Shown in pieces: positions 38,401 to 46,927 of a stretch of DNA of 57,849 nt (position 1 is its first letter; each line of letters starts with the position of its first letter). The position numbers and the translations under genes are program-made. Origin of the DNA: a virus (taxonomy: Duplodnaviria; Caudoviricetes); IMG/VR virus record IMGVR_UViG_3300004776_000002, positions 1 through 57,849 of that record. One strand, written 5' to 3'. The notes beneath the pieces are model-generated. The model saw nothing but the letters and a program-made list of their open reading frames with translations, ran no database searches and was not told the DNA's origin.

Positions 38401-38901
38401 GCGTCTTATAAAGAAATGTCAATCAGACTGCATATACCAGAGAAACAGGCACGTGCTTATCTAACCAAATTCTTTGCGTTATTCAGTAGCATAGACAGTT
38501 TCATCAAGAGACAACATCGTATAGTTTTAGAGAGAGGAGTAATAACTACAATACTTGGTAGACCGCGCAGATTTATTATGAGTTCTGATAATATTGAGGA
38601 GGTGAAACGAGAAGCAGGAAATCACGTCATTCAAGCCGTTGCGGTTGATATCACTTTTCTTTCTCTGATTAGAATTTACGAGAAACTGCGAACTGATAAT
38701 ATGTTAGGAACATACGTGATTCCAATGAATACAGTACACGACTCGATATTGTTTGACGTGCGTCAGTCTGCAGTAGAATATGCAAATACAGAGATAACAG
38801 CTATTATGTCTGGTGTTCCGAAAGCGTTAGGTTTTAATGTAGTATATCCAGTAGAGGTCAAACAGGGCCGTCGCTGGGATGAAAAGATGAAAGGGGTGTA
38901 A
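35419..38901 (+). CDS. polA: Family A DNA polymerase fused to an N-terminal family-4 uracil-DNA glycosylase, with intein
   Basis: UDG: CxxC, GQ|SPG..E...G.PF.G.SG, N...CRP, HPAY. Exonuclease: DIET, FD, Y...D. Polymerase motifs DFSQQE, R..AK...FG, HDS. Confidence 0.9.
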   Translation: MSELKLTDGVGLAECNECPLNNSSQVLSHLVNKEIVDILVIGQCYSSDTEVLTDVGWKLFKDLNRTERIATLNPQNNVISYHQPIKYLEFNYEGKMYNIRSNYIDLLVTPDHNVLVNRRAFPSQEIKSRTEFVKARDFNFHTHRILRNGVWLGQSELKFTLPSIDIAYAVFGKNKRIDVVNEIDINIDDWLAFFGFWIAEGWTYRRKHKNYSNSFAYYVGVGQNDNKKCDEFEVLLKRLPFKYKKKIDRAGFVRFFIYNKQLYSYLEQFGKCYNKHIPNWIKFLSTDKLKILFDWMMKGDGNVHRGCLFYTTTSKQLADDVQEIALKLGLSAIVRLRKRDSKYIKDNKCYDSSKWRSVYQISIIRKVSPSSFKKAPVLIDYFDKVYCVEVPNHVIYVRRNGRACWCGNSPGLDEVKQGRPFIGRSGNLINPVLNKYSYGVAYINVINCRPLDADTQKDRQPLTAEVKCCRPRFDSDFDYVLVNYHPKIIVVLGAFAKKEMQRLMKTREFKMPIYFTEHPAYILRNEHLKPRYITGLHNNLKSVFGNDESEIVNSFISYTDDVRLQFMEDVNSSIRVGVDIETNSLNMFDPTFVIGTVAVSCDKCTYFFDGRQKDIREYDALIDVLKNERVQKIFADIMFDVVSFEQYDIKVNNYTDLFPLAYIHDNTFQEYSLAAITMRYLPELAGYKAKFQSTVSPDKYLEAPTSELRIYNSMDAYATKTLYNYIYERIEPNSKRIFERITLRMLPMIVMMKVVGMKVDIDLLEQYEKLFQNRFVELSKFFTDKWGITNINSTLQIKKWLFETLKLKPVKFNEITATQRAKGATKGSPSTDKEVLEIYAAEVPETRALYEARRVANVLNYFLASIKNNTDFNDIIHPNLKHYGISSYRLSCSSPNLQGIPRDETKIEFLDKYPLRRLFRARYSDSSILEFDFSQQEVRIVAELARDEKLLDAFAKGKDVHAFVGSIVFDKPINEITKLERQIAKGCVFGAIFGASYKEMSIRLHIPEKQARAYLTKFFALFSSIDSFIKRQHRIVLERGVITTILGRPRRFIMSSDNIEEVKREAGNHVIQAVAVDITFLSLIRIYEKLRTDNMLGTYVIPMNTVHDSILFDVRQSAVEYANTEITAIMSGVPKALGFNVVYPVEVKQGRRWDEKMKGV
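35548..36642 (+). mobile_element. Intein with LAGLIDADG endonuclease (365 aa)
   Basis: Q|CYSSDTEVLT..GW ... VTPDH ... FFGFWIAEG ... MMKGDG ... VYCVEVP ... WCGN|S. Confidence 0.9.
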
Positions 38902-38903
38902 TT

Positions 38904-39935
38904 ATGCAAGAAGGCAAGCTGAATTTTCTTATTGGTATTTCGTTTGGGAGTGAAGGTAAAGGGAACGTGGCTGCGTATTTGGGAGAGCGAAACAAACTTG
39001 ACTTGTGTATATCGAATAACAGTCCCAATGCGGGACACTGTTTCAAAGAGAATGGCGGTGTTGGAGAATCACATATAATTAAGATGTTGCCAGTTTCTGG
39101 AATCGTGAACAAAGAGTCAAACATACTCTTAGGTTCAGGTTCTGTGATTAATTTAGATAGATTGCTCGAGGAGATCAAGACGTACGACGTCGGTAATCGT
39201 CTACTTATCTCCGCTACTGCTCCAGTTGTCAACAAAGAGTGCATTGCATACGAAGAAGAACATCTGCGTTATATATCTTCCACGTTTCAGGGAACAGGCG
39301 CCGCGATAGGTTTCAAAGCAATGCGTTCACCCAAGATTAAATTGGTGAAGGATTATCCAGAATTAGATAAATACTGTCACAAGCATATAGCCGACATCAT
39401 ATTGAATAGAATTGATAAATGTGGCTATACAGGTCTGGTCGAGATTTGTCAGGGATACGGTTTATCAGTTGATAGCGAGATGTATCCGTTTACTACATCT
39501 CGTCCAGTGAACGTTGGGCAGGCTCTTGCATATCTGGATGTTCCTCCAAGCATTGTTGGCGATGTCATTGGCATTGCTAGGACATACATTATCAGAGTTG
39601 GTAATGTTCCCGATGGCTATTCTGGTGATACGTTCTTCGACTCAAAAGAATTGTCGTGGGATGAGATGTCTAAGAAGTTAGGTTACAATGTGTTGGAAAA
39701 AACTACCGTCACAAAAAGAGTACGGAGAGTATTCTCTTTCTCGAAATATTTATTTGAACAAGCAGTAAGACGAAATGGAGTAAACGTATTGTTTCTTACG
39801 TTTACTGACTACTTGATTGGCCGAGAACGTCAAGAGTTTATTGATTATCTGACGTCGTCGAAATTCTCATTCAAAGAGATTTATTTTGTGAATGGGTACG
39901 GAAACTACGATTCTATGATAGAGAAGATAAAATGA
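38904..39935 (+). CDS. purZ: PurZ/PurZ0-like adenylosuccinate synthetase homolog
   Basis: FGSEGKG (Ser at the PurA catalytic Asp), SPNAGH, QGYGLS, YPFTTSR, TYIIRVG, TTVTKR.RR, LTFTDY. Compact 343-aa length. Confidence 0.7.
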   Translation: MQEGKLNFLIGISFGSEGKGNVAAYLGERNKLDLCISNNSPNAGHCFKENGGVGESHIIKMLPVSGIVNKESNILLGSGSVINLDRLLEEIKTYDVGNRLLISATAPVVNKECIAYEEEHLRYISSTFQGTGAAIGFKAMRSPKIKLVKDYPELDKYCHKHIADIILNRIDKCGYTGLVEICQGYGLSVDSEMYPFTTSRPVNVGQALAYLDVPPSIVGDVIGIARTYIIRVGNVPDGYSGDTFFDSKELSWDEMSKKLGYNVLEKTTVTKRVRRVFSFSKYLFEQAVRRNGVNVLFLTFTDYLIGRERQEFIDYLTSSKFSFKEIYFVNGYGNYDSMIEKIK

Positions 39936-40345
39936 GTAACTATCTGTATCACAAGGAATACCGTCGAAGAAATGCGTCAAACATAGCGAAAATGAAACAC
40001 CAGTGGTATTTAAGAAACAAGAAACACGTCAGAGAGTACCAAGATTCTTATAAAGAAGAACATCCTGAGAAGGTGCGTAACTACAAATTAGATTGGAACA
40101 GAAAGAACAAAGATAAGAAAAGAGCGAGTGCTAGAAAATATTATGAGAATAACACAGAAAAGATGAGACATTTTCATCCTGTAAGTCGAAGTAGTGAATA
40201 TGAAGGTAAAGATATCAATGAACGTACTAATCTTGGTGTTGCTCATGGTGATAGAAGCAAAGAGAAATGCAATAACATAAAGAAAAATAAGACTTTAGAT
40301 GAGTGGTTTAAATTTGTTGAGAAGGAGATTAAACATGAATCTTAG
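39932..40345 (+). CDS. Degenerate HNH endonuclease
   Basis: Basic helical repeats, then HFHPVSR...N...NL...CN..K.NK. The first CxxC pair is missing. Confidence 0.55.
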   Translation: MSNYLYHKEYRRRNASNIAKMKHQWYLRNKKHVREYQDSYKEEHPEKVRNYKLDWNRKNKDKKRASARKYYENNTEKMRHFHPVSRSSEYEGKDINERTNLGVAHGDRSKEKCNNIKKNKTLDEWFKFVEKEIKHES

Positions 40346-42038
40346 TGATAATGCAATTAAGGTTCTCCAGAAACGATATTTGACTCGTGATCAGAAGGGT
40401 AACATTATAGAGAGTCCAGAACAAATGTTTACTCGAGTTGCCCGTACCATTGCTGGTGCAGAACGTGATGAGTCCGCTATCGAGTATGAGGAGAAGTTCT
40501 ACAAAATAATGACGAATCTGGAATTTCTGCCAAATACTCCAACATTAATCAACGCAGGAAAAGATTTGGGACAACTATCGGCATGTTTTGTTCTTCCTAT
40601 CGATGATAGTATGGATAGTATATTTACCACACTTCGAGATGCCGCTCTCGTTCAGAAGTCTGGTGGCGGGTGCGGGTTTAATTTCTCGAATATACGACCT
40701 ATCAATGATACAGTGAAGTCTACGAATAAATGTGCAGGTGGACCCATTCAGTTTATTTACATATTTGATAGAGCTTTGGAAGTAATTAGTCAGGGCGGAG
40801 TGCGTCATGGTGCAAACATGGGTTGTCTAAGAGTTGATCATCCGGATATACTGGAGTTTATCAAATTGAAAGAGAAAGAGGGAACGATACCTAATTTCAA
40901 TATATCGGTTGGCATTACAGATGAGTTTATGTCAGCTGTCAGAGGGTGCCGTAAACATCAATTAATAAATCCGCGTACTGGCGCAGTGACGAAGGAAGTT
41001 AGCGCTGTCGAATTGTTCAACTCGATAGTAGAGCATGCGTGGAATAATGGCGAGCCTGGAGTGTTGTTTCTCGATGAGATTAACAGGTGCAACGTTGTTC
41101 CTCATGTTGGATCTATTGAGGCTACTAACCCCTGTGGAGAACAACCCCTTTTAGGATATGAGTCTTGCAATCTCGGATCTATCAATCTTGGTAGGCTCAT
41201 TAAAGCTAAGACAATTGATTTTGAGAGATTAGCGTATTTAGTAAAGTTGGCTGTTAGATTTCTCGACAACGTAATTGATATGAATAGATATCCAATATCA
41301 CAGATTGAAACGAAAACCAAACAGACGCGCAAGATAGGTCTTGGTGTGATGGGATTCGCAGACTTGTTGATTAAGTTGGATATCAAATACGATACCGATG
41401 AGGCAGTGCAGATGGCTCACAAGGTGATGGGTTTTATTCAGAAACACGCAACCGAGGCATCCACAGAGTTAGCTGAAACCCGTGGGGTGTTTCCCGCGTA
41501 TCGCGGTAGCGTGTGGCACATGGAACGCGGTGTTCGTATGCGTAATGCTGCTGTCACTACGGTGGCTCCCACAGGAACGTTGTCTATTATAGCTAATTGT
41601 TCCTCAGGTATTGAACCATATTACTCAAAGACTATAAAGAAACATATACTAAGTACTATTCTTGAGGAAGAAGTAGAGTTTGCGAAGGAAGAGAGTTTCA
41701 TCACTGCTCAGGATATCACTCCTGACTGGCATATCAAAATTCAGGCTGCGTTTCAGACGCACGTTGATTCTGCAGTGTCTAAGACGATAAACTTTTCTAA
41801 TTCTGCGACGAAAGAGGACGTGAAGAGAGCGTACATGACTGCGTATAAGATGAAATGCAAAGGTCTGACTATCTATCGCGATAATTCACGCGAGTCGCAG
41901 GTTCTATATGCAGGAAAGACAGAATCGCCTAAGATGGAACTGCAGAAATGTCCGTCATGTGGTGCAGAGTTAGTCAACGAATCTGGATGTCAGTCGTGTG
42001 CAGCAAAATGCGGATGGTCAGCTTGTCGTATCTCTTGA
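40335..42038 (+). CDS. nrdJ: Class II (B12-dependent) ribonucleotide reductase
   Basis: PNTPT, LSACFV, TNPCGE, CNLGS, APTGT, YRD.SR and C-terminal Cys cluster. No beta-subunit gene nearby. Confidence 0.9.
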   Translation: MNLSDNAIKVLQKRYLTRDQKGNIIESPEQMFTRVARTIAGAERDESAIEYEEKFYKIMTNLEFLPNTPTLINAGKDLGQLSACFVLPIDDSMDSIFTTLRDAALVQKSGGGCGFNFSNIRPINDTVKSTNKCAGGPIQFIYIFDRALEVISQGGVRHGANMGCLRVDHPDILEFIKLKEKEGTIPNFNISVGITDEFMSAVRGCRKHQLINPRTGAVTKEVSAVELFNSIVEHAWNNGEPGVLFLDEINRCNVVPHVGSIEATNPCGEQPLLGYESCNLGSINLGRLIKAKTIDFERLAYLVKLAVRFLDNVIDMNRYPISQIETKTKQTRKIGLGVMGFADLLIKLDIKYDTDEAVQMAHKVMGFIQKHATEASTELAETRGVFPAYRGSVWHMERGVRMRNAAVTTVAPTGTLSIIANCSSGIEPYYSKTIKKHILSTILEEEVEFAKEESFITAQDITPDWHIKIQAAFQTHVDSAVSKTINFSNSATKEDVKRAYMTAYKMKCKGLTIYRDNSRESQVLYAGKTESPKMELQKCPSCGAELVNESGCQSCAAKCGWSACRIS

Positions 42039-42085
42039 AATTATGATTAGTAATGAGCAAAAGAAAAATCTTAGTAAAGAGTAGA

Positions 42086-42132
42086 TATAATCTATGAGAT
42101 ATATTGACGGAGTGAATGGAGCATGATATAAT
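42086..42132 (+). promoter_or_regulatory. Sigma70-type promoter with upstream TATAATCTAT box
   Basis: TTGACG 42104, 17-nt spacer, TATAAT 42127. Confidence 0.8.
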
Positions 42133-42290
42133 GAAATATAAACGAGATGTCGTGAAACGAGTAGTTCGTCATTACCGAGGTGTCTGTCCTGAATGTCAAA
42201 TGTTAATCAACTTAATAAAAATAGATAAAAATAGTTGGTCAAGCTGTCACTGCGGTTACGTATTTACTATAACAAAAAAGGAGATGTCGA

Positions 42291-42776
42291 ATGAATCAAA
42301 TTGACGAAATTCTAAACAAAATATCGTTGGCATTTGGGGTCGAGAATCTAGAAATTGTCTTTCCAGAGGACTTGATGGTTGATTTGACGTTGTTTAAGAT
42401 TGCGAATATCGATGCTTCGCGTCTGGACGATGAATTGATTTCGTCTGGAAAACTGTATATTCTTTTTGAGACTATTCTGGCTCACGTGTCCGACAAATAT
42501 AGCAAACAGGACGCCAAGGTCAAACAACTCGAGGCAGAGTTAGCTCTCAAGTATGAGAAGAGTTTGAGTGCATCTGGAGACAGAGTTTCTGACAAGAAGA
42601 TTGAGAAACTCGTTGACGCCGACAAAGATTTCATTGACGCTATTGACAAGAAGTTAGAGTATAAGAATCTTGTCATTACGTTTACTAACATATTGACTTC
42701 GTTAGATAAACGACACGATATGTTGATACAGTTGTCTGCGAAACGAAACAAAGAGATTGGCGGTAACTTAGGATAA
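42291..42776 (+). CDS. UvsY-like recombination mediator
   Basis: Helical 161-aa protein ending L.KR..ML.QL...R, located near the recombinase gene. Confidence 0.55.
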   Translation: MNQIDEILNKISLAFGVENLEIVFPEDLMVDLTLFKIANIDASRLDDELISSGKLYILFETILAHVSDKYSKQDAKVKQLEAELALKYEKSLSASGDRVSDKKIEKLVDADKDFIDAIDKKLEYKNLVITFTNILTSLDKRHDMLIQLSAKRNKEIGGNLG

Positions 42777-42949
42777 GGAGATAGAATGAAGAAAGTAGAC
42801 CCATTAATTGCGATTACCGTTATTTCAGTTGTAGTTACTATACTTCTATCTATGTATATTCTTTACTCGATAAATACGGCAGCTGAGACGGTGAAAAGAA
42901 ATGGCGGTCTTAAGAAGATTCTGACACCTTATTGGGAAGGAGAAAAGAA

Positions 42950-44080
42950 GTGAACAAGAATAAACAAATAGTGAAGAAGGAAGAAAAGACTGATATATCG
43001 AAGTTTGTTAGCAATCTCGTTGGAGAGTACCGAAAGAAGAATATGATGGTTGAGACTGGTCATATTGACTGCGAGTTCTTCGATTCTGGTAACTATGCAC
43101 TTAACTATATTCTCTCTGGTAACTTCGAGGCAGGCATGCCTGAGAATCAGGTTATCAACGTGCATGGCGACTCCATGACCGGCAAGTCTTTAATGATTTA
43201 CAACTGCATAGCAAATTTCTTAAAGAAATATTCTGATGGCGTAGTTATTCTCGACGATACAGAGTATTCGTATGTTAATTATCTTGGGAGTACTCTGCAG
43301 ATAGACGAATCGCGTTTTATTCGTATATCTACGTCTACCGTAGAGGAACACTCCAAGGTGGTATTCTTTGGTGGCACTATTAAGTCTATCGATGAATTAG
43401 GAGATCCGGTTGATATCAAGATAGATGAGCCGTTGGTTCCTAAACTGTACAAACAAGGAATCAAACATATATTGATTGCTGTAGATAGCATTGCTGCCTG
43501 GTCTACTGAACATGAGATTGATATTAAACTTGAGAAACCAGATATGTCGAAGGCTAAGATTCTACGAGCATTGTTGCGTACTATTATGCCTGAGATAAAA
43601 AAATATGGGTTGACCTATATGATTAGCAATCATATGATATTCAACATTGGCGATATGTGGGGTCCAAAGAAGATTGAAGGCGGCGGCACCAGTCCCGCAT
43701 ATTGGTCTGCAGTGAGATTGTGTCTATCGCTAGCTGGTAAGATTAAGATTGGCGAGAAGAAAGAAGAACGCATAGTCGGAGTAGTGTCCAGAGCGACGAC
43801 AGTAAAGAACAGATTCGCGCCTCCGTATCGCAACTGCGAGATTGAAATTAGAAACGACAGTGGCATGTCTCGATTCTCTGGATTGCTGAAACTTTTGATT
43901 GACTTAGGCATCGTGGAACTTAAACCCGGCGGCTGGTATACGACCTACGACGGTGCTATCAGATTTCAGTCGAAAGATTTCGAGAGCAAATGGTTAGAAA
44001 TAAAAGAGAAAATAACACCAGATAGAATAAAGATGAGAGAGTCCGCACCAACTACGGTGGAAGAATTAAAGGAAGACTAA
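42950..44080 (+). CDS. uvsX: RecA/UvsX-like recombinase
   Basis: SG..ALN.ILSG, GDSMTGKS, DTE, VDSIA, GG, KNRF.PP motifs. GTG 42950 follows GAAGGAG. Confidence 0.9.
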   Translation: MNKNKQIVKKEEKTDISKFVSNLVGEYRKKNMMVETGHIDCEFFDSGNYALNYILSGNFEAGMPENQVINVHGDSMTGKSLMIYNCIANFLKKYSDGVVILDDTEYSYVNYLGSTLQIDESRFIRISTSTVEEHSKVVFFGGTIKSIDELGDPVDIKIDEPLVPKLYKQGIKHILIAVDSIAAWSTEHEIDIKLEKPDMSKAKILRALLRTIMPEIKKYGLTYMISNHMIFNIGDMWGPKKIEGGGTSPAYWSAVRLCLSLAGKIKIGEKKEERIVGVVSRATTVKNRFAPPYRNCEIEIRNDSGMSRFSGLLKLLIDLGIVELKPGGWYTTYDGAIRFQSKDFESKWLEIKEKITPDRIKMRESAPTTVEELKED

Positions 44081-44545
44081 ATGCAAGAAAATGTTAGAGC
44101 GTTGAGAGATATTGTAACGTGGATAAAAATCGTTCCGAATAATCAACTTGGTTGGCATATGGAACGTTTGGAGTATTTCACCAACGAGTTGTTCAAATAT
44201 GCCAAATTTAAAGTTGGTCAGAAAGTCAAGTTAATCAAAGTTCCTCAAATTGACGAGAAAACTAATCACGGTTGGATTAGTTACAAACATATTCTCACAC
44301 AAGGCGCGGTGGCTACTGTAATTGAAGTAGATCACTACAACGGGCGATTTCGATACGCGTTGGTGTTTACAGCGATGAATAAAATAAAGGTGACTAATTT
44401 AGACGACGTCTTAATTAATACTTACGGCGGGTCATTTGCGTTCTATGAAGAGTATTTAGCTTCATACAGGAGGAACAATGGTAGAAAAAAATTCAATATC
44501 AAATTTGAAAATCGATATAGCCGTTTACGAGAAGAAACAAAATAG
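44081..44545 (+). CDS. Hypothetical protein
   Basis: 154-aa ORF containing FKVGQKV (SH3-like). Confidence 0.45.
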   Translation: MQENVRALRDIVTWIKIVPNNQLGWHMERLEYFTNELFKYAKFKVGQKVKLIKVPQIDEKTNHGWISYKHILTQGAVATVIEVDHYNGRFRYALVFTAMNKIKVTNLDDVLINTYGGSFAFYEEYLASYRRNNGRKKFNIKFENRYSRLREETK

Positions 44546-44560
44546 GAGAGGAGGTGTACC

Positions 44561-45694
44561 ATTTTTAAATTTCATCACCAATCAATCTCTTTAGACGAGA
44601 TTGCAGTAATTCCGGAGTCAGTGACTACGTATTCTGATAGCGATGTTGATGTAAGTGTGCAGATTGGTAATCTCAAATTAAGTATACCTATTATAGGCGC
44701 TGCCATGGACAGTGTCACTAGCTCCGAAACCGTACTTAGAGAGTTGCATAGATTCGGTGGAATCGGTATCGTTAATCTGTGCGGATTGATATCTCGATAT
44801 AGTTTCTCTGCTTATCATGCAATATTGCCGAAATTAGTAGAGAACCCAACGATAAAGACGTTGCAGGATATCTACAACTCTGCGCCTGTTGATATTGGCA
44901 TATTGGGAAAGAATCTTAAGACGTTGCAGGAGTTGTTAGGTGACGTTCAGTTTGTCGTATCTGCTACTCCACAACAGGCAGAGAGGTTGTTTGATGTTGC
45001 GTTGCAATTGAATATAAAGACGTTTGCTATACAATCGTCATTTATATCGCCGTACTGGACATCTCCTAATGCTACTGGGCTTAATGTGGGCAAATACATT
45101 CAATATTTGCATCAACACGATAACACAGTCATGGTTGGGAATATTGCATCACTCAACGCTGCTGTTCCTTTCATTGAAGCTGGGGTTGACGCAATCATAG
45201 AGGGTGTGGGTTCGGGAGTTCAATGCACAACCCGTTTTGTTCTGGGAATTGGTGCAGGTCACGTGGCTACGATAGACGCGTTGCGTGACTACATAGAGAA
45301 ACAGAAGTCTAAGACGAAGATTATTGCAGATGGCGGAATCAGTAACTCTGGAGATATCGTCAAGTTGTTATGTATAGGTGCACATGCAGTAATTATCGGT
45401 GGAATGATTGCAAAGACGAATGCAGGACCGTTTAATGGATTTCACTACGGTATGTCTGCCTATCATAGTATACTTCCTCGTGGAGATTTGTTGAAGTTTG
45501 AGATTGAAGACAATGTTACTATTGAAAGACTGTTGATGGGACCTTCTGACAGAGCAGACGGCACTCTTGCATTGATTCCTGCGTTGACTAATGCATTGTC
45601 TAACTTAGGTTGCAAAGATATCAATAGTGCATATCGAGACACTCTTGTGACGCGGTTTCCGGGAATTAAGTCGGAAGGCAAATTAAAGAAATGA
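44561..45694 (+). CDS. guaB: IMP dehydrogenase / GMP reductase family (GuaB3-like), probable ATT start
   Basis: LDEIAVIP, AAMDSV, GVGSG..CTTR catalytic loop, IIADGG, YGM, GPS..DGT motifs. Confidence 0.85.
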   Translation: MFKFHHQSISLDEIAVIPESVTTYSDSDVDVSVQIGNLKLSIPIIGAAMDSVTSSETVLRELHRFGGIGIVNLCGLISRYSFSAYHAILPKLVENPTIKTLQDIYNSAPVDIGILGKNLKTLQELLGDVQFVVSATPQQAERLFDVALQLNIKTFAIQSSFISPYWTSPNATGLNVGKYIQYLHQHDNTVMVGNIASLNAAVPFIEAGVDAIIEGVGSGVQCTTRFVLGIGAGHVATIDALRDYIEKQKSKTKIIADGGISNSGDIVKLLCIGAHAVIIGGMIAKTNAGPFNGFHYGMSAYHSILPRGDLLKFEIEDNVTIERLLMGPSDRADGTLALIPALTNALSNLGCKDINSAYRDTLVTRFPGIKSEGKLKK

Positions 45695-45701
45695 GGAACA
45701 T

Positions 45702-46055
45702 ATGAATGGAAATGCTCAAATACAAAGTACAATGTTTGGGTATGAGGATGGGATTATGACCTGTCTTCTTTATCTTAGACAGGGAGCTCTTGGTCAGAGG
45801 TTTGGTGATTTTTGTTTGGACAATGTTCCAAAGAAAGATGAATTTGATAGGCAGCCAAGTAAACTTTGTGGATTCTGCATTAAACGTATTCTTGAGACAG
45901 TAGGAGTTGGGAAATGGGAAGATTTGTCTGGGAAATTTATTAGAGTAGAAGGGGATAATGTCAGAATTATCAAGATTGGTCATGTTATTGAAGACAAGTG
46001 GTTCGAACCTAAGAAAGAGATTCAAATGTTGCTTGAATCAATAAAAAATGAGTAA
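45702..46055 (+). CDS. Conserved phage hypothetical protein
   Basis: NA.I.ST.FG.EDGI...VGV.KWEDL.GK..R...IGH...DKWF. Confidence 0.55.
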   Translation: MNGNAQIQSTMFGYEDGIMTCLLYLRQGALGQRFGDFCLDNVPKKDEFDRQPSKLCGFCIKRILETVGVGKWEDLSGKFIRVEGDNVRIIKIGHVIEDKWFEPKKEIQMLLESIKNE

Positions 46056-46659
46056 ATTATTGTTTATAGACGTTGAGACTACTGGTGTAAATCCAAACAA
46101 GAATGGCATAATTCAACTTGCTTGTCTGATTGAGATTGACGGAAAAGTTGTTGATAAGTGTCATCTCAAAATTAAGCCGTTTGAGAAAGACGTTATCGAA
46201 CAGTCTGCGTTAGATACCGTTGGTGTTACTTTAGAGGAAATTATGCAGTATGAGGACCCGACCAATGCGTATTGGCAGTTTCGCAAGATGCTTGAGAAGT
46301 ACATCAATGTATATGACAAGAACAAGGCGAATAAGTTTATTCCTGTTGGTTATAACGTGCAGTTTGATTTAGACTTTCTGGATGCGTTTTTCAGAAAGAA
46401 TCAGGATAAATACATAGGTTCGTTCTTCAACTGGCGCAAACTTGACGTTCTGCAGATGTTTTATTGGAGACACTATCTTGGAATTGATAGTCTCGAGAGT
46501 TATAAATTAGAAAAAGTCTGCGAAAAATATAAAGTTCCGTTAGAGGCTCACGACGCATTCAACGACATAGTGGCTACTCGTACTTTGTTCAAGATGTTAG
46601 AGAAACAGATATTATTCACCACAGAACAGGAGGGTACAAATGGAGAGACAAGCAGTTAA
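46048..46659 (+). CDS. DEDDh 3'-5' exonuclease
   Basis: DVETTG, YNV.FD, H.A..D motifs. Confidence 0.9.
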   Translation: MSKLLFIDVETTGVNPNKNGIIQLACLIEIDGKVVDKCHLKIKPFEKDVIEQSALDTVGVTLEEIMQYEDPTNAYWQFRKMLEKYINVYDKNKANKFIPVGYNVQFDLDFLDAFFRKNQDKYIGSFFNWRKLDVLQMFYWRHYLGIDSLESYKLEKVCEKYKVPLEAHDAFNDIVATRTLFKMLEKQILFTTEQEGTNGETSS

Positions 46660-46927
46660 GAGTTCGAATATCGCGTCAATCGGGTATGATGAGGCAAATA
46701 GCATTTTGGAAGTGCAGTTTCTCAATGGTAAAGTGTTTCAGTACGCAGGCGTTCCCAAGGAGTTGCACGAGAATTTTATGAAGTCGGAGTCTAAGGGTAA
46801 GTTCTTCTATGCTAACATTCGCAAGGCTGATTTCGTGTGCAAACCAATCGTAGAGGTAAAAGATGAAAAGAAAGAAAGAGATTTGGCCGTTGGAACAGAG
46901 GAAACGGGAGCCAGCGAACAAGTTTGA
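46640..46927 (+). CDS. KTSC domain protein
   Basis: V.SSNI.SIGYD....LEV.F..G..FQY.GVP...S.G.FF...IR. Confidence 0.85.
   Translation: MERQAVKSSNIASIGYDEANSILEVQFLNGKVFQYAGVPKELHENFMKSESKGKFFYANIRKADFVCKPIVEVKDEKKERDLAVGTEETGASEQV

Noticed and set aside
44081-45694. Genome-wide TAG recoding suggested by the in-frame TAG before guaB
   Set aside because: Long genes are intact in the standard code, and TAG ends other genes normally (e.g. 30813).
46048-46659. Exonuclease as the DatZ dATPase
   Set aside because: Its motifs are DEDDh, not HD-domain.
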